NCBI GenBank assembly: GCA_016748015.1
Contig: JAAOMT010000706.1
Span: 637,047-701,046, forward strand
Direction: 5' to 3'
DNA from: Geosiphon pyriformis uo1
Lineage: Eukaryota > Fungi > Glomeromycota
DNA: 64,000 bases
The first letter of the stretch is position 1; every line of letters begins with the position of its first letter. The notes under the pieces were generated by a model. That model searched no databases and was not told where the DNA came from. It saw nothing but the letters and a program-made list of their open reading frames with translations. Shown piece after piece: positions 52,928-64,000 of this stretch. Position numbers and translations under genes: made by a program.

Positions 52928-55492
52928 TTTTGTTCAAAATTTATGTTTGGTAAACTATAGTTTTTTGTTTCGAACCTCATACCCAGATTGTTGTTTTCTG
53001 TAAATAATTTACTCTAAAAAAAAAATTTATCCATTTCTAATTAAATTATTATAGGAGCATTTTGTAATTTACATTATTATTTTAAAAATGTGCGTTTAAC
53101 TAATTAATAGTATTATACATAATTTTGGATTAATTGGGCGAAACTTGAGATTTTACACATGTTTAATGGTTTTTTTCAATCCTCCAATTTTTAATTCCTC
53201 CCAAGTTCATTGATAGATTTCGAATCTTCTTAGGGGAGTACCTACTTTTACCCTTTAAAATGATTAAAGTTTAGGCGAAATATCTTTTGTGTTACGAAAT
53301 GTGGCGTCAAGTAATTCCCAAGCACAAAAGCTTGACACTACCTTTTATTTGCATCTTAAACTTGATATAGCATTTGTTCACAAATCTTTTGATTTAAAAT
53401 GAATTCTAAAAGCAAGATTATCATAACCTGTATTTTAATATATACATTTATATATATAAAGAAGTATTTATATGTTTGAAAATCTTTTTCTATATTAAAA
53501 ACTTTCTTCAAAATGAATTATATGCAAATGATATAAAACTTAAAAAGTTGATCTATAAGACAATTATAAAATTCAAATACACTTTTATTAATATAATTGT
53601 TATTATTTGTTTTATTAAATAGAGATAAAAGTTAATGTGAAAAGATTTTGATTAAACATAAAAAAAGTTTCTTAAATTTCAAATTTTATTAAAAATTTAA
53701 AATTGTTTTAATTTTGAAAAATGTTATTGTTGTTTTTTATTAAAAATTGGATTTAGAATTGAATATATAAAATTTTTAAATAAATCTAATTAAGCCAAAC
53801 TATATTTTATAACATATTAAAAAAAACCAAAATTTTTTTTCATTGAATAAATAAAAAGTTATTTAACATAATTAGCTAAATATGAATAAAAAAATAAATA
53901 ATATTTTGAAAAAATTAATAATTCTTAAAATTTTTAACATATAATATTTAAATAATATATTAATTATATAATAAAAAATTAATATATATTATTTTAATTT
54001 AATATGCAAATTTTTGTGAAGATTGTACATATTAAAATTATTCAATTCAATAAACGATTAAATTATTAAAATTATTATTTTTACATTTACATTTATCAAA
54101 TACTTAATTAAAAATCCAAAAAAAAACAATTAATTAAAATCTTAAATTTCAAATTTAGAGAAATTTAAATTAAATATATATATTAAAAAATAATAATAAA
54201 ATTTTTTACTTGTTTTAATGTTTTTAATAATAATTGTAATATAAGATTTTTGTTAATAAAACTTATTTGTTAATTTAAAACTTCGGTAAATTATATATAT
54301 TATTAAAAATTATATATATTTTTATATATTTAATAATAAATTTTAATATTAAATATTCAATAATATTAAAATTAAGAAATAGATTAAAATAATTAATGGA
54401 ATAAGTAATTAATAACCAATAAATATTTTATTTTAATATTATAATTTATACGTTTATTAGAATAAATTAATTTACATTACACAATACTTTATACAAATCA
54501 TAAATAAATTTTATTTTTTAATCTAATTTTAAGTAATCAAAATAAATTTTGCTAAATTTTAAAGCACAGCAAAAGCTATTGAATGCCAAAAACAACCAAA
54601 TAATTGATTATTAAACAATTAAATGCGGAATACTCATTAAAATTATTAATTTTAGTCTAAACCAAATTTTATTTAAAGTCCTATGAGAATATTTAAAAAA
54701 AATTCTTACAATTAAAATCTTAAAGACCTCATGAACGTGGCTCTAAAAGCAATTATCTCCTTTTCCATAAACAGTAACGCGCCGGCTCATCATCAAGAGA
54801 TTGATCAAAACGAGTTGATCCCACTTTCGAAAAAAAAAATTGTTTTTTATTCTAAGGCTATGCATTACATCAGAAAATTAAGTGGCTTAACGACCAAAGA
54901 CAAAAAGAAACCACAAGTATTTGACTCCAACGTTATTCTTGAAGTATTTCCGTTATTATGGCTTATAAGCGTTTGCTATTGTCATGGAAGAGTGTGACGA
55001 AGGCACAGCCACGTAAAAATTAACAAGTCCGAAGGCGTGGTCGAGGCTTTGAATTGGTCTACGTGAGAGTTTTCTTGAAAGCTTCAAGGTGTCATCGTGG
55101 GAAGGCTCAACACTTTTTCTAGGCGTATGTCCGGAGTAAAACAGCAATTTTTATTCTTTCCCAGTTTACTATGTGGAATCGAAAAGTAATGATTTTGTCT
55201 TTTTAAAAAATTACTTGATCCTGTTTTTGATAAAAGATTCCTATTCTTGAGTTCAATTGTAAGCTAGTTCAGATTAATGTATTGATTTTTCATGGTATTA
55301 GCGCATGTTTCAAGAAAACAAATATACCAATATACGCAAAAGAAACGTCAAGCCCACGTACATCCATAAATTCAAAAATAAGTCTCGAAATTTACAACAA
55401 CAAAAAGAGATACAACAAGAAAGCGAAGGAATTGGTGGGAGGAAGGAAGAAGAAATCGTTGGCACAATTATCAACTGTTGCTCCTATCTGAA

Positions 55493-56944
55493 ATGCTTTT
55501 TTACTCGAGGATCAAATTTAACCGAGTCTTTGAAGCATCTTCATCAAAAGCAAATTCAAAAGCAATCATTCCGCTCATACGTAATCGATCATCCTCCCCA
55601 AAATCATATTTATTGTTTTTCCTCATCGGTTTCACCTCATTACTCATTTGGTTTCCAAAGTCAACGCACGCAATCCAAGATCGAAATCTCCAACAATGCG
55701 AGTTGGACGAGGATTGTAAATTCACGAACCAAGGTCAAGGGTGTGTGAACGGTGGTTGCGTCTTTTTGTGCAAGGCTAATAACGATTGTCCTTATAATGG
55801 GGGCTGCCTTCATTTTTCTTGCAACTGGGATGGATTACCAATTCCTAACAGTGATGATATTCGAAACAACACCGGCAATAGTAACAGCAACAACAATACC
55901 AGCAATAGTAACAGTATCAAAAATACCGGTAATGGTAACAGCAATGGTATCAGCAACAACAATACCAGCAATAGTAACAGTATCAAAAATACCGGCAATG
56001 GTAACAGCAATGGTATTAGCAACAACAATACCACCAATAGTAACAGTAACAAAAATACCGGCAATAGTAACAGCAACAACGATACCGGCAATAGTACTAG
56101 CAACAAAAATTCTGGCAATAATAACAGCAACAACAATATCGACATTAGTGATACAAACAGCAACAATATTAGCGGAGAAAATAATAATGCTTCAAATTTG
56201 TCGTCTAATCTGAATTCAACATCCAGCTCTGATGAGTTATCGTCGCTCAGCTCCAATTCTGAAAATAGCCAGTCAAATTCCTTGCAAAAATCATTGCCTT
56301 CCAAAAATTCAACATCTTCTGATAAAAGATTATCAATAGATAAATCAGCTATACTTGACCCTTCCAATAACAAACCTATCGGGAATTCTACAGTTCCCTT
56401 AAATTCTACTAACCAAAATCCAAATAATTTAACTGAGGTAGTGAATGCAAAATCATCTAAAGGAAAAAAAGGAATAAGTGGGATTCTTAACCTACCCATA
56501 TCAAAGGCTGTAATTGCCGTAACAGGAGGTGTTCTTGTTGCTGCAATTGGGTTGTTGTTATTCTGTTGCTTCCAAAGATCGCGCCAAGGGAATAGTACTA
56601 GTCAATCAAGAGGTATTGATAATGATTTCCAAACGGCTAGAGTAGCTCCGCACATGGAAACTGTATCACACGAGCTGGATGGCTCCCAGTATCCACATCC
56701 ATTTTTAGATGAACCTTCGATCCATCAAGTCCGCGATCCATCATTTGAGGAAACACATTTACATGCTACTTCGTCTTTTCCTCCACCTGGTGATATTTAC
56801 CCAGAAATGCCACCTCCCCACCAATCTTTCACCGAAACGACATTATATGGATCACACGGTGCATCTACCTCGTCAGTTGATTTATCATCTACCACAAATT
56901 ATCCTTATCTCCAACAACATCATTTCATGTCATCTGAAAATTAA
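55493..56944 (+). CDS. Type-I membrane/cell-surface protein: hydrophobic leader, 8-Cys domain, Asn/Ser-rich repeat stalk, TM helix, Pro-rich tail
   Basis: Long ORF (first ATG 55493); YLLFFLIGFTSLLIWF; CELDEDC...CVNGGCVFLCKANNDCPYNGGCLHFSC; TM AVIAVTGGVLVAAIGLLLFCCF followed by QRSR. Confidence 0.85.
   Translation: MLFYSRIKFNRVFEASSSKANSKAIIPLIRNRSSSPKSYLLFFLIGFTSLLIWFPKSTHAIQDRNLQQCELDEDCKFTNQGQGCVNGGCVFLCKANNDCPYNGGCLHFSCNWDGLPIPNSDDIRNNTGNSNSNNNTSNSNSIKNTGNGNSNGISNNNTSNSNSIKNTGNGNSNGISNNNTTNSNSNKNTGNSNSNNDTGNSTSNKNSGNNNSNNNIDISDTNSNNISGENNNASNLSSNLNSTSSSDELSSLSSNSENSQSNSLQKSLPSKNSTSSDKRLSIDKSAILDPSNNKPIGNSTVPLNSTNQNPNNLTEVVNAKSSKGKKGISGILNLPISKAVIAVTGGVLVAAIGLLLFCCFQRSRQGNSTSQSRGIDNDFQTARVAPHMETVSHELDGSQYPHPFLDEPSIHQVRDPSFEETHLHATSSFPPPGDIYPEMPPPHQSFTETTLYGSHGASTSSVDLSSTTNYPYLQQHHFMSSEN
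55865..56140 (+). repeat. Coding tandem repeats (66-nt unit NNNTSNSNSIKNTGNGNSNGIS x2 plus shorter NTGNSNS units)
   Basis: Repeated aataccggcaatagtaacag / aataccagcaatagtaacag. Confidence 0.85.
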
Positions 56945-57334
56945 TTCTTCAATATGAAACATATAATTCGTGTATTCGGGCTATTGTAAGCGTATTTTTA
57001 AATCAGAATGCAAAAACTTTGGTGTGATGTATATATTTACCATTTTATTTTACTCATTACTCATGTGTTTTCTTTTATCTGTTTTGTGTTGCGAAAAAAA
57101 CGTGACCTAAATTTTCGTGTGAATAAGCTCAATCAAGTTGATTATTTCAACTTGAATAGAATCGATTTGTTCTATCTTAACCCAAAAAATTATTTCATAA
57201 TCTTTGATTGGCTTCCTTTTAGATGATATCTATTGTTTGTGTGAATATCTGCCACACATTACACATCCTTCAACTTTTAAAATGTAGTTCATTAAAAAAA
57301 ATTGTGTTCTGATCATGAATTACAGCCTATTAAT

Positions 57335-57416
57335 CGACAACAGCAGGGTTTGAACCTGCGCTCCCATAGGGAATCAGATTTCAAGTCTGACGCCTTAACC
57401 ACTCGGCCATGTTGTC
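57335..57416 (-). tRNA. tRNA-Ser (anticodon UGA), intronless
   Basis: GACAACA acceptor stem pairs with TGTTGTC, discriminator G; D arm TGGCCGAGTGGTTAAGGC; anticodon arm TCAGA-CTTGAAA-TCTGA; long variable arm; T arm GCAGG-TTCAAAC-CCTGC; T-run about 35 nt downstream. Confidence 0.97.
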
Positions 57417-58282
57417 TTTAAGATTACCTACAGATATTTGCTATATAAAGAATTTAAATGCATTAGTTGGGTTTTTGAATTGGAGTGTTAAACTAGTTAT
57501 GCAGTAGTTCGGCAAAACTATTGACCAATTTTGTTAACATGTACCTACGCGGTATTATTTCAGCCTTTTCATAACGTTAATTTTGGTCGCACACAAATTA
57601 CTGCAATAAATATCTCGAAGAATTTTCATGATTTCAAGATTATTGGTATCAATTACAGAATATAAGTATAAAGATATGAAATGTTCTGATTTGCTCAGCC
57701 GATAAATTTATATTTGAGAATATGAATTTATCACTTCTATCTTTAACTTGACCTTTTTGCTTAAACAATGAACCCAGCAGATAATTAACTCTCGTCTATT
57801 AAATCTTGATATCAGATACACTCTGCAATTTTCTAATTTAAATAAACGTTAATTCTCTATTGCAAGGGCGCGGTTAATCGCTTGGGAATTTTTTTGACGA
57901 TATTTACATTTAAAAATGTAACTCTCAAAGAAAAGATTTATTTGCATCTATTTTGAAACCTAGCCTCTTTTTGATTGAGGATACTCCTTTAAATATTGAG
58001 AGGGTTTTTTCATGTTCTTTACAAGCACCTTTCTTCTTGCACTAATTCCTTTTGCTAGTCTTTTCCCATACTCGGATTTTGATTAGTATTTTATAAATAG
58101 TAAATGACATATCGATGGAAAGATTCAAGAATGATGGCTGTTTAACCTACCCTTTTACGGATGGCCATGAATTAAGAGCTATTTTCGAAATTCCGCCCAT
58201 TTCAAAAAAACTTAACTGTTAAATCCATTATTTCCGATATATTTTGAAACTGGCCTTATATTTAAAAAAAATTACAACCTGC

Positions 58283-59143
58283 CTATTGTGTCTTATTTAA
58301 AACTCTACTCCTACTGGCAAACATCATTTTTTGCATTTTCCTAGTCTCCCAGCCGGGTGGGTACAAGAGTTTTGGATCAATTAAATCTACGTCACTTTGT
58401 GGCCATTGCTGACGTTTGAATCGATCTTCAGTGTCTTGACGCATTAAATGTGTTGTATCGAGGACAAGTACCGGCGTTTCCAATTTCTCCCCCTTTTGTT
58501 GCCCTTTCAATTTAAAATGATTCTTTTGATTTTTCCTTTCTTCTTGGATGTCTTTGTCAATTATACAATCGATAAGAAATATTTGATATTCCATAAGAAA
58601 ATCAGTATCTTCAAGATTAGTGTCTGAATCATCTTCATTTAAGTCGTTGATTTTCCTTTTAGGATCTATGCTTGAAATGTCAATTTTTAGCTTCTTTAAA
58701 GCTCTTTCGATTTCAATTATTCTATTGTCGTTTGGAGATGTAGTTGGCACTGGCTTTTTCTTTGAAACTCCCAAACTTTTGTTAATTTCACCAACCGGCT
58801 CACTTTTATTCTCCTCTTGGCCATCAAAAGCGGAATAAAAGGTATAAAATCCTTGCTCTCTATTATTCTCTTGTTCTTCTAGTGATGCAATCCGAATCTT
58901 TGGAGCCTTAAAAGTGGAGAAAGACAAGGTTGAATTATTTTCGTCGTTATCATGTCTATTTCGCGACTGACCCTCTTCATCACTTCGTCCCAATAATCTT
59001 CCCAAACTATAGCGACTTTTTTGATTCGAATTTTGCCGAGTCATAATTTTCCAAACAATCCAAAAGAGGATTAAAGAAATAATGAATAAAAAAGCTGTCA
59101 TGCACAATACACTAAGTGGAGTATTCAGATATGGAAATTTCAT
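58283..59143 (-). CDS. Hypothetical single-pass membrane protein (N-terminal TM)
   Basis: 286-aa uninterrupted ORF with normal GC/CpG content; hydrophobic LSVLCMTAFLFIISLILFWIVW followed by a charged tail. Confidence 0.75.
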   Translation of the reverse strand: MKFPYLNTPLSVLCMTAFLFIISLILFWIVWKIMTRQNSNQKSRYSLGRLLGRSDEEGQSRNRHDNDENNSTLSFSTFKAPKIRIASLEEQENNREQGFYTFYSAFDGQEENKSEPVGEINKSLGVSKKKPVPTTSPNDNRIIEIERALKKLKIDISSIDPKRKINDLNEDDSDTNLEDTDFLMEYQIFLIDCIIDKDIQEERKNQKNHFKLKGQQKGEKLETPVLVLDTTHLMRQDTEDRFKRQQWPQSDVDLIDPKLLYPPGWETRKMQKMMFASRSRVLNKTQ

Positions 59144-61087
59144 CCCAATCAGGTGGAATAACTTTACGGATGGTTAAGAATCTTTTGTTGTTGTTTTGAT
59201 CCTGTGGGGTTTTCTCTTTGATATTCAGAGAGCAATTCTGGTGAAATTCGATTCAGAAATAATTTCAAGGTTCAATATATGATTCTGACATAGTGAAGAG
59301 AACTTGTAAAAAGCACTCAATCATTTGAAGGTTTGTTTTATTCTTCATGTTGGATGCATAGCGAAAGAAGGAAAAGTATTCATGTGGAAAATTGACAATG
59401 TCCTATAAAGTTTTAAAATATTGCAACTCACAGAGAGTGCAAAGTAGGTTGGTGCTTGAATCTACCAATCAATTTGTTTTACATACAAGGCATTGTGATT
59501 TTTGGATGCGACTTTATCTTTAAAATAGGAACAGTTGAAATCTCAAAATGTTAAGAAACTTAACCATTAAATTTACATGTAATTGAAGCTCAAAAAGTAT
59601 GATATCAAAATGATATTTAGGCTTCCCGTAATTTTTATGCAGATATTTATAGTGATGAAAATGATTGATTGCATTAGGGTGTTCAAATAACTTAAACATC
59701 ATCATATTTTAAGTAAGGTAATCTTTCCCCTTGAAAATGCCGATATTTTAAAGTTTTTAGTGATAATTTAGTGATATTAAGCCAATAGAATTCAAAGAAT
59801 TTCGATTTTTTTTTAATAATTACTATTTAATTACTTTTCCTTGGGAAAATTATAAGTATTCTTTTTCAAATCAAACAATTAATTTGAAACTTTTTTGAGG
59901 CTGATAATTTTGAAATACTATTGAGAAATGGGTAGTATCATTGGAAAGAAGTACGGTGAATATCAATTTGAAGACTGGTATAAATTAAAAAGTGGAATCG
60001 GGAAAATAGAAAAAAGTCCTTAGTTAATTTGTTTATTTAATAATTATTAAATTCTAGTGCCTCCAGCTTTTCAGTACACTCTTAAATGCATTTAGACATG
60101 CTAGAATCTAATTTCCTATAGGTTTCTCTGGGAATTTTTACCATTCTTCTTACAATGTTATATGAAATTGTAATTATTTGCAAATTCCCAATTTCTTTTT
60201 GTACTTGCTTTTGCAATTTATCCGATAACCGCTTAATTGGACTAGATAAAATGTTTATGCAAGTGTTTAACTTTTTTTTAAAAAATTCTTTTCTTCAGAT
60301 ATTTGGCTGTATAAACTAGAAATTATCATCTCAGAATAATGAATGTTTGTGGAACTATGAGAATAAATTCTTTTTTCAAAAAAATGAAAATCCCTAATAT
60401 GAATCTAAGATAAGATTATATAGAAGAATGAATCAAAGTTTTCTTATTCATTAATTTGATGAGTTAGTTTTTAAGCATGTGAAAACAAAATTTACTGTTT
60501 TTGTTATAATCTTGCGACCAAATTGAACAATTGCGTCAAAAGTCATTTGTAACAATTGTTTAATAATTTTTATTAAGTAAAAAAGAACAACCAGTTTAAA
60601 TAAAATAATGCTTTAAAGAATAAACTTAAAAATTTTGGGTTTTATAAACAGCTTGTTTTTTTGTTTAAATTCAGTAATTTTTTTTTTAAAAAATTAAATG
60701 AATTATTCTTTATTATACAAAATTTGAAAAAATTTTATTAAACAATATTATATATTGATTTACAATAAATATTCAGAAATCTAATTAAAATTATAAGATT
60801 AAAAATAAATCTTCCTTTTAATTTTTATAATTTAATATTTCGTGAAACATCAAGATCTTTTAATACAAACTTAAAAATGTTATTCAATCATTTCAATAAA
60901 AAATTGATTTCTATTTTTCTTTTTTTACTTAATACAGTTTTTTAATATGTTTTACAAGTTTTAATTAAATTTAAGTCTAGACTTTAAGATAATAAATTTT
61001 GAAGTATATTTATATTAAAATACCTTTTATTGAATTAATAGATTATTATTTAAAAAAAAACATCTTGTAATTTAATATTTTATTTAG

Positions 61088-61088
<1 letters not shown>

Positions 61089-61123
<35 letters not shown>
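61089..61123. repeat. (TAA)n microsatellite
   Basis: About 11 TAA units; similar tracts at about 10678-10712 and 46474-46496. Confidence 0.9.
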
Positions 61124-61126
<3 letters not shown>

Positions 61127-63659
61127 TCAGTATAAAAAAAATATGTGATTAAATACATCAATAATTGCACAAGTTTTGAATGAAAAACTTAATTAATACT
61201 TTATTTTAAATTTTATTTAAAAATATGATACATAAAGTTTTATATGTCTAACAGCAAAAAAAAAGATGCAAATACTTTTAATTGCTTAACAAAATCAGTT
61301 AAATTCTTGAAATTTAGGTTTTTTAATTTGAAATTATAAATTTTGGATTTCATTACAACAGTTGCTGCCATTACCAAATCGATTGAACAATTCGTTGTTA
61401 ATATTAATATTATGCAAAGTAATAACATAAAAGTTAAAAAATAAGTATTTGATAGTTTAAAAACAGAATTAATAAATAAAAAAATTGAATAATTTAAAGT
61501 TTTAATTTTAAAGATTTCAAAAATAATCAACAATTTTAATAACAATATTAAAAAAAATTATGAAAAAACAAGAAAAATATGTTAAACATAAAAAAAGTAT
61601 AAAAACTAAATTTCATAACGCTAAAAAAAATTTAATTAAGTAAATTAATATTTGCACTTAATTTTAATTAGAAAGCACAATATTGATTAAAATAAGTTTA
61701 TTAATAGAAAATACATTTTTTTAAATTTACTAATTGTTTCCAAAAAAAAAATTTGTTATTATTATGTTTGGCTAAGACCTATAAATTTTTGTTACTATAA
61801 TATGTATTCATTGAAATAAAATATTGTGGTTTATAAAATTTTCCAATATTTAATTTGTTTTTACAAATATTTTTAAATATTTTGAGAAATTAAATGAATA
61901 TTTAAGTAATATTAATAAAAATAAATAATATTATAAAATTTTATATTTATTTTATATTTAATTATATTAAGATTATTAATTATTTCTATTAAAAATTTAA
62001 TTGACTGATAGCTTTTTTTAACAAGCTTATATAAACTGCTCTTAAAATATCGAAGCATTTAATTAAAAAGGCATAATTTTTAAGATTTCCTTAAAATTTA
62101 TTACTTGAGAGATAAATCATTCATTTAATAAACTTCAAGTTTGATACTTGAAAAACTATTTCTTAATTGTTGGATTTCTAAAAAGTCATTTGTAATGCTT
62201 TAATAAATTCTCTTTGAAACTGACTTTGTTAGTTGTTTCCACTATTGTATTTAAGTAACTCTCTTAGCTTCATATTTTCAAGCTATCAATTTTATATATT
62301 AATATCCCAAATTCATATGCTTTTTGAAGCCTGTTATCCAATATTACGATGTATTATTTTTAAGCTAACCTAATAGTTTGCATGCAGTTGGAGTTGCAGT
62401 TAAATCTTCTAATAATTTTGCCATGGTCAAATTGTGTAACTTTATTCTTTTGAAGTTAGCATTAATTTAATATCATAACATTTTTATGAATTAGAAAATT
62501 CGAAAATTTTAAAGTATCTAACTATGCAGAATTTATTAGCAATTTTATAACTTAATTTATTCATATAATATGTCATTTGTTTTTATGTTGTGAAAACATC
62601 CCTCGATTTGTATAAAAAACTTAGTAAAATGTAATTTCTTTCAGAATACGTACGGCAAACCGGTGATTTGTATAGAAACGGTTCAAAAAAGAATCACTTA
62701 AAATTAAGTAGTCAACTGGAAATTAAGGCAAATTTTTGGTCATGAGACCCTTTAAAGGTTGTTTATAAATAAAATTTTATGATGAAGATTTTTTAGTTAT
62801 ACCTAAAGAGAGATTATACCAAGTCCAATTTATTTTGGGAAAATCAAATAAATTGATATTATCGAAATTAATAAAGTTTTCGTAAATTTAAACCATCATG
62901 TCTAAAAAAGCCAAAATCATACTACGTGAACTTTTATAGATTTAGACTGCTGCTTCCATCTTCTTATTGAAATTATTTAATGGACTCTATCAATAAAAAT
63001 TAATAAAGATTGAAATGTAAAAGACTCTGCAAAATAGAAAAACCTTCCTAAATGAAGTATGAGGTCGACCCGGTTACATCTACCCTTAAACGATTTAATT
63101 TGAATTAATAATCATAAAATCGGAATCACATGCTTCACTTTAATAAAGAAATATGTGTTTAAAAACTTATTAACTTTAAAGGAATTTAATATGATATCTA
63201 AATCGCGCTAAAAAGTTTCAGTGTTTGTAATAATCGAATTTCCTGCAGTACTTTTTTTTTATGATCGTTTTCATATGTAACCATAAGATTTAACTCTACC
63301 AAATTATTTAGCTCACCTGACTAAAATTTAAGAAATCCAATCTCATTCTTAAAATGTATAATCGATTTATGCATTATAAATAAGTTGAGAAAGCGTTATT
63401 ATATTTTTAAGTCTATCTTAAAATTTTAATTAATAGTAAAAAATTTAAGTATTCATTTTTATTATTACTAAAAATAATAAAATAAAATTTTTCCTGAATA
63501 ATTTAGCAAATAAATGAGAAAATTATAGCCGGATATTATTATAAAAAGGCCATTTTACCCGTTTTATGTTTTCTTCACCCCAATTTCATTCAAAGTTTTA
63601 ATACTTTCTTAAAGTTTAAACCATCAACTAAAGCTCATACAAATCTTTAAATTATTAGA

Positions 63660-63956
63660 ATGTTGCCCAAGGTTATCGTCTTCGCATTATTAATAGTTCT
63701 CTATCTCGGTGTAGTAGATGCGTTTCAAGCTATAGGATACCAAGAACGCGATTTCAGCGGAAAAGCTACAACTATTAATGTTATACCTCAATGCCGAAAT
63801 ACGCCGGCTAAGGGGTGGAAGTCTTTGCGAAATTTAGCCCCTGTAAAACCATGTTACCGAGTTTGGTTGGAACCTAATTGTCTAGGTAAATCAAGGGATT
63901 ACTGTGGATCAAACTCCAGGTTTGCCTTTACCGTGAGGTCTATTAAGGAAACATGA
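63660..63956 (+). CDS. Small secreted protein with beta/gamma-crystallin-like Greek-key motifs
   Basis: Signal peptide MLPKVIVFALLIVLYLGVVDA; two repeats YQERDFSG...KSLR and WLEPNCLG...RSIK; 4 Cys; TATAAAA about 120 nt upstream. Confidence 0.75.
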   Translation: MLPKVIVFALLIVLYLGVVDAFQAIGYQERDFSGKATTINVIPQCRNTPAKGWKSLRNLAPVKPCYRVWLEPNCLGKSRDYCGSNSRFAFTVRSIKET

Positions 63957-64000
63957 TAGGTTTTTAACGGAGGAGAACCGAAGAAAATAGATTTTAAGCT

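Noticed and set aside
54900-55020. Possible kinase remnant (YYGL*AFAIVMEECDEGT)
   Set aside because: Only one short hinge-like motif; no HRD/DFG or other subdomains found.
55810-56499. 229-aa poly-Leu ORF on the minus strand (and 55752-56213 on +)
   Set aside because: Shadow frames of the Asn/Ser repeat in the real membrane-protein gene.
57335-57416. tRNA as selenocysteine/suppressor tRNA or as primer for the Gypsy elements
   Set aside because: Anticodon is UGA (reads UCA, Ser), not UCA; its 3' end would give a PBS of TGGCGACAAC, which is not found after the LTRs.

Overview
Very AT-rich eukaryotic DNA with short GT-AG introns. It is most likely a Glomeromycotina/Mucoromycota-type fungus, inferred from gene families and intron style. 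Bases 1-33350 are a nest of dead transposons eroded by C>T/G>A transitions. The nest holds three LINE relics (one with APE-RT-RNaseH-zinc finger) and at least six pieces of one Ty3/Gypsy family, several inserted into each other. One near-complete Gypsy copy has a dUTPase between protease and RT and an extra ORF after integrase. A pogo/Tigger and a Tc1 (DD34E) DNA transposon have clear TIRs and TA target-site duplications. A 1.8 kb duplication around an N-gap is probably an assembly artefact. The right half is gene-bearing: a class-3 lipase homologue lacking its catalytic serine, a Sel1-repeat pseudogene, a multi-intron DIM-2-like cytosine methyltransferase with one apparent 1-nt frameshift, an arrestin-domain gene, two membrane proteins, tRNA-Ser(UGA) and a small secreted beta/gamma-crystallin-like protein. 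The most notable item missing from the ORF track is a decayed Fanzor/TnpB C-terminus with a candidate omegaRNA/right end (about 39386-39780), about 0.5 kb upstream of the methyltransferase. All calls are by eye; no searches were run.
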